This document shows, one piece after another, positions 50,025 through 59,956 of a stretch of DNA of 64,000 nucleotides. The notes beneath the pieces were generated by a model. It searched no databases, was not told the origin of the DNA, and was given only the letters and a program-made list of their open reading frames with translations. Made by a program: the position numbers and the translations under genes. The DNA lies in NCBI GenBank assembly GCA_000437435.1, contig FR899629.1:171572-235571 (forward strand), given 5' to 3'. This stretch comes from Clostridium sp. CAG:768. Lineage in GTDB: Bacteria > Cyanobacteriota > Vampirovibrionia > Gastranaerophilales > Gastranaerophilaceae. The first letter of the stretch is position 1. The number at the start of each line of letters is the position of its first letter.

Positions 50025-52532
50025 ATGCTTATAGGAAGATTAACGAACTACGACACAGTGAAACAACGACAAAAGTCAGCAGGAGAATTATCTCCAAAAC
50101 ATGTTCCTCTTTCTTCCGAGTTCATGTCATCAAAAAATTTAATAAACGAGAGACCTTTAAAAAGTATTTCAAACGATTTATCTTTTAAAGGTCTTTCTTT
50201 TAATGGAGATAAAAAACAACCTCCAAAAGATGACAAAATGAAACCACTTCTTTACACTGTAGGAGCTTTAATAGCTACTGGTTTAGCTTTAAGATTTGCG
50301 CCAAGCTATAAAAAAGCTGGAGAATACAGCGTTAATGAATTCTTGCAATTTGCAAAAAAACATACAGGAATAGAAAAAATTGGCAAAAACGGAGAAAAAA
50401 TTCAATCTTCTATTGGCCAAGAATTATTTGAAAGTGTCAGAGATTCTGAACTTACAAAGAAAATGGTTGAAATCAACGGAGACAAAATCACTTTCAACAA
50501 AAAGACTATTCCACAACTTATATGGGACGGCTTAATTTATCCTGTAAAAATTCTACCTGCAGATATCCTAAACGGGATTGTCACATTAGCAGGGAAAATC
50601 AAACCCCTTAAAGGCTGGGCAGACAAAACTCTGCAACAACCATTCTTTAAATCTATAAGACAACGTTCAAAAATAGACGCTAAAGTAAACTCTTTACGCG
50701 GCTTATTTGAAACAATGAAAGGTTTGAAAGATAAATCTGATGCTGAAATTTCATCAAAAATATTCAGACAATCAGTAAAAATGTTTGACCCAAAAACTGG
50801 CAACTATGATACAAAACATGAAAGATCTCTAAACAGATTAGTATCAGGTCTTCCTCCTGCAATATTCCTTGCAAACGATGCTTATAACCTATCAAGAATG
50901 ATGGATGATGACAAAAAAGCAGCATCTCACGAACAAAAAGTAAGATTTAACCAAGAAATGGCAAGAATTGGCTTCAATGCATACATCACACTTGTAACAT
51001 TAGGTGCTTTAAATAAATACATCAACAATTCTAAAATGGGTATTATGTTGATGACAGCATTAACAACTCTTACAACAGAAGCTTTCTCTCGTGTAATCAA
51101 CGGTAAACACATTACAAGATTAACTCCAGAAGAAGCAAGAGCTGAAAATGAGAAAAATCACGCACCAGAAGCTAATATTAAACCTGATTTATCATTCAAA
51201 GCATCAGAAAATAAAGAAGATAAAGAAAAACAACAAAAGCCTCTACTATCTTTAAATACAGTACTTAAAGCAGTAGGTGTAATTATTGGTGGAGGATTTG
51301 CAGTAAAAGGACTTAGAAAAGTTTCTTCAATAGATAATGCTTGGAAATCATTCTCTGGCTACTTCAAAAGACATTATAATGATTTAACACAAATTAAGGA
51401 TTACAGAATTTCAAAAGAAAAATTCAATGAAATCACTAAAGTTCTTGATAAAAACGGCTTCAATAATTTAGCTGAAGAATATAGAAACATCGCAAAAACA
51501 GCAACAAATCCTGACGGAACAATAAGTCTTGGAGCAAAAGATAAGAAAATTAAACCATTCGTAAACTTCTTCTTAGCTCCATTCAAATTTGTATGGAAAT
51601 ACTGTACATTACCATACACAGTAATTGATGATGCAATTAAATCAATAAGTAAAAAATCAAGTTTCTTAAAATTAGACATAAGTGATAAAAATACTCTTAG
51701 CACAATTGTAGAAAATTATGCTAAAGAAAAAAATATTCCAAACACAAAAGCTCTTGAAGAATTTATACAAAATGTTTCAAACGGCAAAATTGCAAAAAAT
51801 ACAAAATTATCAGCTGATCAAGAAGAATTACTAAGAAGAATTTCAAACGTATCATCTCTTGCAACAAGTATTGAAAACATCGGACATCAAGCAGCTAAAA
51901 AGAACTTATCACCAAAAGAATTCCAAGATTATGTAAAAGACAATATCCTAAAATCTTTTAACGTTGATACAATGTCTAACGTATCTAACAGTGAATTATC
52001 AAATCTTGCAAAAAACGCAGCTCTGGCAGCTACAATCTGGTTCCTTATGACAGATAACTACAACATGGTAATGTTGAAATCAAACGGGAACGATGTCGAA
52101 GGGGCTAAAACAAAATTCAAAGAAAGATTTGTACAAGAAGGTTCAAGATTATTCTATCAAACATTATTAATTGACCTATTCAACAACACATTCAGCAAAC
52201 AATATCACCAATCATTATTCGGAATGAGCTGGATTACATTCACAAATACAACAATAGGTGAATGGTTGACAAGAAAATCAGTAGGTATTGCAGTAGGAAC
52301 ACACTCAAGAGATCAATTAATTGCTCTTGAAGAAAAACAAGACAAAGCAACAGGCTTCACTAGAAAATACTATGACTTTATGAAACGATTAACAGGTAAA
52401 CGTTCAATAAAATCTTACGAAGTTGCACCTAAAAATACAGAAACTAAAATAGATAATAATGAACAAGAAACTAAACAACAAAATATAAATTTTACAAATA
52501 ATTCAAAACTTTCAAAAATGATTAAAGGCTAA
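50025..52532 (+). CDS. Large hypothetical membrane-associated protein (about 835 aa)
   Basis: Long ORF. GGAAGG RBS before the ATG at 50025. Several hydrophobic segments, no known domain recognised. Confidence 0.5.
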   Translation: MLIGRLTNYDTVKQRQKSAGELSPKHVPLSSEFMSSKNLINERPLKSISNDLSFKGLSFNGDKKQPPKDDKMKPLLYTVGALIATGLALRFAPSYKKAGEYSVNEFLQFAKKHTGIEKIGKNGEKIQSSIGQELFESVRDSELTKKMVEINGDKITFNKKTIPQLIWDGLIYPVKILPADILNGIVTLAGKIKPLKGWADKTLQQPFFKSIRQRSKIDAKVNSLRGLFETMKGLKDKSDAEISSKIFRQSVKMFDPKTGNYDTKHERSLNRLVSGLPPAIFLANDAYNLSRMMDDDKKAASHEQKVRFNQEMARIGFNAYITLVTLGALNKYINNSKMGIMLMTALTTLTTEAFSRVINGKHITRLTPEEARAENEKNHAPEANIKPDLSFKASENKEDKEKQQKPLLSLNTVLKAVGVIIGGGFAVKGLRKVSSIDNAWKSFSGYFKRHYNDLTQIKDYRISKEKFNEITKVLDKNGFNNLAEEYRNIAKTATNPDGTISLGAKDKKIKPFVNFFLAPFKFVWKYCTLPYTVIDDAIKSISKKSSFLKLDISDKNTLSTIVENYAKEKNIPNTKALEEFIQNVSNGKIAKNTKLSADQEELLRRISNVSSLATSIENIGHQAAKKNLSPKEFQDYVKDNILKSFNVDTMSNVSNSELSNLAKNAALAATIWFLMTDNYNMVMLKSNGNDVEGAKTKFKERFVQEGSRLFYQTLLIDLFNNTFSKQYHQSLFGMSWITFTNTTIGEWLTRKSVGIAVGTHSRDQLIALEEKQDKATGFTRKYYDFMKRLTGKRSIKSYEVAPKNTETKIDNNEQETKQQNINFTNNSKLSKMIKG

Positions 52533-52536
52533 TAAA

Positions 52537-53007
52537 ATGATTCCAAAAATTAGTTCTTCAGACAATAAAAATAATCCAAAACAAAATATAATACTTGCAT
52601 CTACAGGTGGAATAGTTTGGGGAACAAAAGAAATTTTCAACACAAAAAACGAATTGCTTCAAAATAGAAATACTTACAAAGTTTGGCTAAAAACAGTTAC
52701 AGAAAGTAAAGAATCTGAATTAAAAAGAGAAGAGTTATATGAAAATATTTTATCACTTGCTAGAAAAGTCGATAAAATAAATACAAAACAAAATTGTGAA
52801 CAACACGAAAGAGAAATTATAAATAAACTAAAAAACGAACGTAAAAACTTTTTAACAAGAAATAAAGAGTGTTTCAAACAACAAAAAAACATCATAAAAA
52901 AAGAAGCTCCTTTTAAAATTGCACTAAAAACGCTAGGTGGTGCAACTATAGGATTAGGAATAAGCCTTTTAATCAACTATATTAAAGATAGAACAAAGAA
53001 GAAGTAA
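52537..53007 (+). CDS. Hypothetical protein with C-terminal TM segment
   Basis: ORF of 156 aa immediately after the 835-aa gene. Confidence 0.35.
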   Translation: MIPKISSSDNKNNPKQNIILASTGGIVWGTKEIFNTKNELLQNRNTYKVWLKTVTESKESELKREELYENILSLARKVDKINTKQNCEQHEREIINKLKNERKNFLTRNKECFKQQKNIIKKEAPFKIALKTLGGATIGLGISLLINYIKDRTKKK

Positions 53008-53188
53008 TATAACTTGTTTTTTGAGGATTAATCTCTTTATTGTTATTCTGCCAAAAGAAAAATCCGACAGCGATAGCTGCGACAAGAATTATAACCAAAA
53101 AGATTTTTGTTAAAATTGCAAAAATCTTTCCGATTATAAAAAGAACGATTATTATACCTAAACCTATTAATAAAAAAGTAAAATCCAT
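52982..53188 (-). CDS. Small two-TM membrane protein abutting the plsY stop codon
   Basis: 68 aa, highly hydrophobic, same strand as plsY. Confidence 0.3.
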   Translation of the reverse strand: MDFTFLLIGLGIIIVLFIIGKIFAILTKIFLVIILVAAIAVGFFFWQNNNKEINPQKTSYITSSLFYL

Positions 53189-53794
53189 TTATCTAACCTT
53201 ATTTTCTTCACCTTTAATAAGTCTTTGAATATTTGAACGATGAAGCCATATTATATACAAAGCTCCTAATGTGCAATAGCCTACATAAGCGATTGGAGCT
53301 TTAAACGCCCACATAATAAAAGGAGAAAGAGCTAAAGCGATAATAGAGCCTACAGATACATATCTTGAGAAAAATGTAATTACTGCCCATATCGCAGCAA
53401 TAATTAATCCAACCTGCCAATTTAGAGCCAAAATAGTTCCAACTCCTGATGCTACAGATTTACCACCTGTAAACTTTAAAAATATTGATTTACTGTGACC
53501 TAGAATTACAGCAATAGCAGCCAATACCGGCAACAATCCTATTCCTGTAAAAGATTTTGCAAACATTGCAGCCAATACAACAGGCAAAGCTCCTTTAAAA
53601 GCATCTAATAAAAGAGTTATAAAAAACCATTTTTTACCCATAACTCTTTTCACATTAGTGGCACCAGTAGAACCTGAACCAATAGTTCTAATATCTTCCC
53701 CGGTAAAAGCTTTTACAATTATATACCCTGTAGGTATAGATCCAATTATATATGCGCTGATTACAACCGCTAATAATTCCAATATTTTTTCCAT
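53189..53794 (-). CDS. plsY: Glycerol-3-phosphate acyltransferase PlsY
   Basis: GSIPTGY, GSGSTGATNV and KG..P motifs. Confidence 0.9.
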   Translation of the reverse strand: MEKILELLAVVISAYIIGSIPTGYIIVKAFTGEDIRTIGSGSTGATNVKRVMGKKWFFITLLLDAFKGALPVVLAAMFAKSFTGIGLLPVLAAIAVILGHSKSIFLKFTGGKSVASGVGTILALNWQVGLIIAAIWAVITFFSRYVSVGSIIALALSPFIMWAFKAPIAYVGYCTLGALYIIWLHRSNIQRLIKGEENKVR

Positions 53795-53869
53795 AATTCC
53801 CCTCTCTTGTATGACAGATTATAACAAAGATGTTGTAATAATTCAACAATCTATTATAATATATAAATA

Positions 53870-54700
53870 ATGAAAAAGTTTTTAATTTTAATTTTATGTT
53901 TTCAATTTATCTTTCTTCCTGCATTTGCTGAATATGATTTTTCAGACGAAGCTCAAGCAGAATTTGACAAGCAAAGATTTCAACAAACGAATTTTAATCA
54001 TACAGATTTTTCAAAAAAACGAAATAAAACAGAAATAAAAAACAACAATATAGAAAGATCTAATTACACACCAATAGAATTAAATCAAGAAAAACCTATT
54101 AATCTTGAAACACAAACAATACCCAATAAAACTCTCACAGGCTCTGTAATAGAAATTCCTGAAGGTACAACTTTTTATATAACATTTGATTCAGGAATTA
54201 ATTCAGGAAGTCTTGAAAAAAATGACAGACTAATTGCCTCTCTTACAAAAGATTTTGTATATAACGGACTACTTATTGCGCCTGCAGGAAGTCTTGTATA
54301 TGGGAATGCGACTTATGCAAAAAATGCAGGATATGCTTATGGAAGCGGAGCTTTAGAAATTAATTTCAATCAAATTATCACCACTGATGGTAATATAATT
54401 GCAATCTCTACAGAAAAAATTTATATAGAAGAAAAAAGTGAACGTGCAAAAAAAATGACAAGAGATATGCTAATCGGGGCATTAGGCAGTATGGTAGTAG
54501 GAACCATTTTTACTGCAATAGGCGGTGGTGATGACTGGGGTAGAAATATGTTAATATATGGTGGGCTTGGAGCTGCCGGTGGTAGCATTAGAGGAGCATT
54601 GCAAAGAGGCGAAGATGTTGATATCCCTGATGGTACTACAATTGAATTAAAGCTAAGTCAACCGCTAAATACAACTCCTTACAATAAATCATTGCAGTAA
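53870..54700 (+). CDS. Secreted protein with C-terminal glycine-zipper segment
   Basis: Signal peptide. C-terminal GALGSMVVGTIFTAIGGGDDWG...GGLGAAGGSIRGA. Confidence 0.45.
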   Translation: MKKFLILILCFQFIFLPAFAEYDFSDEAQAEFDKQRFQQTNFNHTDFSKKRNKTEIKNNNIERSNYTPIELNQEKPINLETQTIPNKTLTGSVIEIPEGTTFYITFDSGINSGSLEKNDRLIASLTKDFVYNGLLIAPAGSLVYGNATYAKNAGYAYGSGALEINFNQIITTDGNIIAISTEKIYIEEKSERAKKMTRDMLIGALGSMVVGTIFTAIGGGDDWGRNMLIYGGLGAAGGSIRGALQRGEDVDIPDGTTIELKLSQPLNTTPYNKSLQ

Positions 54701-54744
54701 GTCTAAAAATATGATATATTATTTTTAGCAAATAGTTTTTATAA

Positions 54745-55431
54745 TTGGACAACAATATGAAATTAAATAAAAGATTGGTTACATTAGGATTATTAATACT
54801 GATACTGTCAGTTGCTTTAAAATTTATCTGGACAGGATTAAAACAGATTAAAGTTGATGATTTTCATCCTGCAGCTGTTATTTTTGTTGTAGATTCATCT
54901 GCATCTAACCAAAAGTATTTACCTGATCAGAAAAAAACTTTAAGACAGATTTGTAACCTTTTAGATCCTGAGGATCAAATTAAAATTTTACGAGTATCAG
55001 AGGATGCATACCTTATTTATGAAGGAAGTCCAATGAATGGAAGCACTATTACAAAATCAATGGATGCTTTCACAAAATATGATGAAAAAGATTATGGCAC
55101 TGCATATGGCGTTGGTTTAAAAAAAGCTTTTTCTCATGCACTTACAATGAAAAAGAATGGTTATGTACCTGCTGTTGTTGTAATTGGTGATCTTGAAAAT
55201 GAGGGAGCTATTGAAAAACAAATTAACTGGGATATTTTACCTAAAAATGTTCAAAACGTAAAAAAATATGCACCTGACATCTCAATGATGTTTTTAGATG
55301 CACACCCTGCAAAACTTGATTTAGTAAAAGAAAAACTGACACCAGTTTTAGGAGAAAATCACTTGATTGTTGCTCCAAAACAAAACATTGATAAATCAAT
55401 TAGAAGATTTCTTCACGCATTAGGGAGATAA
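54745..55431 (+). CDS. Membrane-anchored von Willebrand factor A (VWA)-like protein
   Basis: N-terminal TM, then VIFVVDSSASN, which is a DxSxS MIDAS motif. Confidence 0.45.
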   Translation: MDNNMKLNKRLVTLGLLILILSVALKFIWTGLKQIKVDDFHPAAVIFVVDSSASNQKYLPDQKKTLRQICNLLDPEDQIKILRVSEDAYLIYEGSPMNGSTITKSMDAFTKYDEKDYGTAYGVGLKKAFSHALTMKKNGYVPAVVVIGDLENEGAIEKQINWDILPKNVQNVKKYAPDISMMFLDAHPAKLDLVKEKLTPVLGENHLIVAPKQNIDKSIRRFLHALGR

Positions 55432-55465
55432 AAAGTTTTAAATTAAAAACAAAAGAGGATAATTA

Positions 55466-57079
55466 ATGGCTATAGTAATATCAACTTCACAAGGTGAAAA
55501 AGTATTCAACAAAGATGTTATAAATGTTGGTACAAATCCAAACTGCGACATTATTTTAAATACAGGATATGATGTTTTATTAACACTCGAATATAAATTT
55601 TCAGAAAACAAATGTGTTATTATTAACACATTTAAAAGTGACAAAGTTTTATTCAAAGGCCAACCTATTAAACGTGTGGAGGTTAGTAGCGTTTGCAAGC
55701 TTATGTTTGCAGATACAGATGAATTTTTAAGTGTAAAAATTATCGCAGAAGCTCCTGTTAATAATACTAAAACAATAACCTCAATCGCTAAAGAAGATTT
55801 GACTGAAGAAGATATAAAAAAACTGTATGGAAAAGATGTAAATGCAATTACGAAAGTTAAACTTGAAAAACAAAAAGAAGATTTGGAAGATGCTCGTGTT
55901 GCAATTATCAAACAAGTAGCTTTCCATATCAATGATTTAAAACAAAAATTATCAACAAATTCAAAAACAAGCATCTTCTTACATATAGCTATGTTTTTAA
56001 GTTCTATGGTATGTGCATTTGGTGTTTCAAATTACCTTATGGGACTTGAAATCAAAGAATCAGCAAACTTTTTACATATGCCGACTAATATAAAAGTTTG
56101 GGGCGTATATACTATTTTGATTTATGGAATATGTTTGCTTTTAAAACAAGGAATTTATCTATATTTACAAAGTAATATTCAAAAAGAAATGTCTAAATCA
56201 GCAAAATTAGGACAAAGTTTTATGCTGATTTTCTCATTAATATTTGTACTTGGAATTTATGTCGTAAACCTTATTTATTATATGAATTTGAATGATTTTA
56301 TGACATTTGCAATTTTCATTTCGTTCTTTTTCTCAGGTATAATGGCAGTTCTTGCAATAAGCTGCGGATATTTCAAATGTAACGGTATGGAATGGGCAAT
56401 GACACTTGATAAATATGAATATAGAGAAGATTTTGAAAGTGTTATAAAATCATACAGACAATGGATTGAAAGATATATTAACAGTTTAAGTAATTCGAAA
56501 TTGCAATATATCAAAGATAAAATGTTTAATCTTCAATTAAAATCTGTAGGAGAAACTGTTGTAGGTATTTTGACAGCCCCATTTTTAGCTTATGGTGTAT
56601 CAAATACTCTTGCGATGTGCTTTCCTGAAGCAGCAGGTTGGGTAAGAATCTCAGGGTTAAGAATCAGTCCTGTATTTTTGACTCTTGCAACATTTTTAAT
56701 TATTTTTGCATTTTTCTCTTTTGTAAATGCATTTTTCTGTACTAAAAAAATTCAAGGCTCACAAGTAATTAAACAAGACGGTTTTTCTGATTACCAGCAC
56801 CACGGAGTTACAATATATGGACTTGAAGGTGTAAGAAAATTAAATTCTGAAAAAAACAGATCCCTTGCAATAGCTTGTGCAATTATATTTATTGAATTTG
56901 CAATGAACGTATCATATTTTATGACAGAAATTGGTGGAGATATGCAAGGAATGTTTTTAAGTTTAGTTGCTGCACTTGTACCAACAGCTCTATTAATTGC
57001 AGAGACACTTATGTTAAGCCAAACTAAATTTGATATCTACGCTTGTGATGAATTGTTAGCAAAAGTTGATAAAGATTAA
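55466..57079 (+). CDS. FHA-domain protein fused to a large polytopic membrane domain
   Basis: The N-terminal roughly 100 aa have FHA-like topology (VINVGTNPNCDIIL...KFSENKCVIINTFKSDKVLFKGQPI). At least eight TM helices follow. Confidence 0.5.
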   Translation: MAIVISTSQGEKVFNKDVINVGTNPNCDIILNTGYDVLLTLEYKFSENKCVIINTFKSDKVLFKGQPIKRVEVSSVCKLMFADTDEFLSVKIIAEAPVNNTKTITSIAKEDLTEEDIKKLYGKDVNAITKVKLEKQKEDLEDARVAIIKQVAFHINDLKQKLSTNSKTSIFLHIAMFLSSMVCAFGVSNYLMGLEIKESANFLHMPTNIKVWGVYTILIYGICLLLKQGIYLYLQSNIQKEMSKSAKLGQSFMLIFSLIFVLGIYVVNLIYYMNLNDFMTFAIFISFFFSGIMAVLAISCGYFKCNGMEWAMTLDKYEYREDFESVIKSYRQWIERYINSLSNSKLQYIKDKMFNLQLKSVGETVVGILTAPFLAYGVSNTLAMCFPEAAGWVRISGLRISPVFLTLATFLIIFAFFSFVNAFFCTKKIQGSQVIKQDGFSDYQHHGVTIYGLEGVRKLNSEKNRSLAIACAIIFIEFAMNVSYFMTEIGGDMQGMFLSLVAALVPTALLIAETLMLSQTKFDIYACDELLAKVDKD

Positions 57080-57081
57080 TT

Positions 57082-57888
57082 ATGGATTTTTTAAAAGTAT
57101 TTGTAATAATTTCATTTATTATTGTAACAATATTAACACTAAAATTTCATCCAGAAATGCATCATCCGTTAATTATTGAAGATGAACATTTTAAACTGAC
57201 AAGAATTAGTGATAATTTACCCAAAAACATGCCAGTAAATAAGGCTGTAAATGTAAAAGAAATCCAAACAGTTCCTAAACAATCTGAGATTAATATTCAA
57301 CAATCAAACCAACAAATAACAAAATTACCTGTACAACAAACTGAATCAAGAGAAATAAAAACAAAAACTACAAATATTAACCTAACTCAACCAAACAATG
57401 ATATCCAAAATAACAATAATAAAGAAATTAGTTTATCACAGATGGAACTTCTCAAACAAATTTTGAATGATGTTACTCCAGAACAAGATACTTTAAACCC
57501 AAACAGTACTTTAAAAAATCCTTACATGACAGAACAAGAAGAAATTATTGCTTGGAACAAATGGAGGAGTAATGTCCAAAATCAAATAATGAGAAATTCA
57601 AATATTGAATACGCGCCACTAGGCACAATGTTTACTTTCAACTTTGTAGTTGATAAATTCGGAAATGTTTCCAATATAAAAGTTGACTGTTCAAATCCTA
57701 ATTATATGGATGTTGCTAGAAATAATGTAAAAACAGCAATCTCAAAATTGCAAAAGCAGCCTATTCTAAATTTTCCAAAAGGAACTCAAAGAAAATCAAC
57801 AGTCGTACAAGGTTATTTCTTTATAGGACTAGAAGAAAGATATTCTACGCCTAACAATTTCTCTGATTTTGAAAGGATAACATATTAA
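57082..57888 (+). CDS. TM-anchored protein with C-terminal TonB_C-like domain
   Basis: N-terminal TM, Q/N-rich linker, then C-terminal ...FTFNFVVDKFGNVSNIKVDCSNPNYMDVARNNVKTAI....P. Confidence 0.45.
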   Translation: MDFLKVFVIISFIIVTILTLKFHPEMHHPLIIEDEHFKLTRISDNLPKNMPVNKAVNVKEIQTVPKQSEINIQQSNQQITKLPVQQTESREIKTKTTNINLTQPNNDIQNNNNKEISLSQMELLKQILNDVTPEQDTLNPNSTLKNPYMTEQEEIIAWNKWRSNVQNQIMRNSNIEYAPLGTMFTFNFVVDKFGNVSNIKVDCSNPNYMDVARNNVKTAISKLQKQPILNFPKGTQRKSTVVQGYFFIGLEERYSTPNNFSDFERITY

Positions 57889-58028
57889 TGAATGTGACGA
57901 AAATTGCAATAATTACAATTATTATTTTAATACTACTTGCTTTAGTAACAACAATTACTATGAGTATGAAACCTCAAATGCACAAAACAATTATGCTTGA
58001 AAAAATTATATTCAAAAGGAGTAAATAA
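57888..58028 (+). CDS. Mini membrane protein (46 aa) not in the ORF track; its start overlaps the preceding stop (TAATG)
   Basis: Translation MNVTKIAIITIIILILLALVTTITMSMKPQ... read from the sequence. Confidence 0.25.
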   Translation: MNVTKIAIITIIILILLALVTTITMSMKPQMHKTIMLEKIIFKRSK

Positions 58029-58209
58029 ATGCTTAAAATTATTTTAATATCCTTTTGTTTATTAATAGAAATCCCATTTATCTTTAAATATATTCAAGCA
58101 AAAAAAGAGTTTGAAATTATAAAACAAACTGCAATTATAATTATAATGATGATAATTGCAATAATATTTTTCGGGATTTATAAATTGAGTTTATTTATGA
58201 TAGGATAAT
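58029..58209 (+). CDS. Mini membrane protein (59 aa) not in the ORF track
   Basis: Translation MLKIILISFCLLIEIPFIFKYIQ...IIIIMMIIAIIFFGIYKLSLFMIG read from the sequence. Confidence 0.25.
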
Positions 58210-58215
58210 CTTGTT

Positions 58216-59016
58216 ATGTATAGATGTAGAGAATGTAAAACAGAATATAGAGAAAAAGTCGAATACTGCGATTGCGGGAATAACACATTTGATTATATTG
58301 AAGACAAAATTAGTGTAAAAAAAGAAAAAGCACCTCTTACACTTGAGCAGAAATCGGAACTTGTATCAAGAATATTTTTTGCGCTATGTATAATTTTATC
58401 AATTATAATATGGTCAATACCTATTGGTAATACTCCTACAAAAAAACAAAAAGCAGCTCAAACAAAACCACAAACAAATATTAACAAAACAATCCCAAAT
58501 ATCGATAAAATTTGGGATGACACTCCAATATATCAACCACAAACTCAAGGACAACAGTCGGAAGTTAACGCACAAAACACAATTCCGTTAACGTCAACGC
58601 CTGTTGACTATGCCAGGCGCATAAAAGATGTTTCTCAAAATAAAACCCCAAAAGTACAGAACATTTCACCAAAAACAGACATTCAAACAAAATCACAAAA
58701 GCCTTTATATAATCCTAATAGTCCAGAAATGTTAAGATATAAAAATCACTTACGCGCAGCTTTATTTTCTAAATTTGCAGTTGGGAGTATTCAAGGCTCA
58801 GGCGAGTGCTCTATCCAATTTTCAGTAGATAAATCAGGCAAGTTAATAAATAGAAAATTCACAAAAGAATCATCGAACAAAGGCCTTAATGACACTGTCT
58901 ATTATATGATGATGAGCGTGCCAAGATTTACACCTCCACCGGATGAATACAACGGGGAAACAATTAGAATGAATTTTAAAATTAATAATGGAGATTATGA
59001 AATTTCTATAAACTAA
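58216..59016 (+). CDS. Zinc-ribbon / TM / Pro-Gln-rich linker / TonB_C-like domain protein
   Basis: N-terminal CxxC...CDC zinc ribbon, a TM segment, then C-terminal ...SIQGSGECSIQFSVDKSGKLIN....MMSVPRFTPPPDEYNGE. Confidence 0.45.
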   Translation: MYRCRECKTEYREKVEYCDCGNNTFDYIEDKISVKKEKAPLTLEQKSELVSRIFFALCIILSIIIWSIPIGNTPTKKQKAAQTKPQTNINKTIPNIDKIWDDTPIYQPQTQGQQSEVNAQNTIPLTSTPVDYARRIKDVSQNKTPKVQNISPKTDIQTKSQKPLYNPNSPEMLRYKNHLRAALFSKFAVGSIQGSGECSIQFSVDKSGKLINRKFTKESSNKGLNDTVYYMMMSVPRFTPPPDEYNGETIRMNFKINNGDYEISIN

Positions 59017-59749
59017 AATTAAAATTCAAAATAATCACAATTTCATCATTAAAGAAATATTTTGGAAAAGGTTTAAATGGAGCAGCAGCCTTAATTGCAG
59101 CACCTGCATTATCATCAAGAGCTTTAATTTTTGATGATTTTAAAATTTTGCATTTTTTTACAGACCCGTCTTTATTAAGAGTCAATGCCATTTGAACTAA
59201 CAAATCTTTTTGTCCTTTTGCAAGAATATCTATTTGTTTTCTTGGAGGAACTTTCCAATTTTTTACAACTTTTTCTTTTACTTCTTTTACATAAGGAGTG
59301 TAATCAATATATTTACCATCAGAACTGAATACATAAGATTCCTTATCAGAGACAAAAACTTGTACTGCGTGCAAATTTCCAGATGGATAATCATATAAAA
59401 TTCTGCACTTCATAAGTTCAGGACGTCTGAAAGATATATATTTTAATTCATTTGTGTCAACATTATAAATTAACTCAGCATTACCATTTTTTACATAGTG
59501 ATATGCTTTATTTTGAGTTCCATCATCTTTTACCAAAGTAAAATCATGATAATATTTTGGGTACTTTTCAGTATTAATCACCGGTCTAATCTTGCTAAAA
59601 ATAACAGCTAGGGTCTCATTAACTTTCTCATAACTTGTCGTCTGAGTCGGCTGTAAAAATTCAGGAACAATTTTAACATATTTCCCTGCTGCATAAGCAC
59701 TAGAAGACATCATTAATAATATAGAACACAATATAAGTAACTTTTTCAT
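59006..59749 (-). CDS. Secreted protein with C-terminal TonB_C domain
   Basis: Signal peptide. C-terminal LVQMALTLNKDGSVKKCKILKSSKIKALDDNAGAAIKAAAPFKPFP matches the TonB C-terminal consensus. Confidence 0.5.
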   Translation of the reverse strand: MKKLLILCSILLMMSSSAYAAGKYVKIVPEFLQPTQTTSYEKVNETLAVIFSKIRPVINTEKYPKYYHDFTLVKDDGTQNKAYHYVKNGNAELIYNVDTNELKYISFRRPELMKCRILYDYPSGNLHAVQVFVSDKESYVFSSDGKYIDYTPYVKEVKEKVVKNWKVPPRKQIDILAKGQKDLLVQMALTLNKDGSVKKCKILKSSKIKALDDNAGAAIKAAAPFKPFPKYFFNDEIVIILNFNFSL

Positions 59750-59956
59750 AATATAACTCCATTAAAATCATAACACAAAAATACAGCTTTTACTATTTTC
59801 TGGAATTTGGCATCAAGTTAAATTTAAGAAATGTAAAATTATAATCTAAAATTATAAAGATTAAACCAAAATATCCGTCAATAATCTTGTCAAAAAAATT
59901 GACTTTAAGAAAAAAGTCATTAAACAAAAAGTAGAAAGTAAGAATATTGAAAGGAT

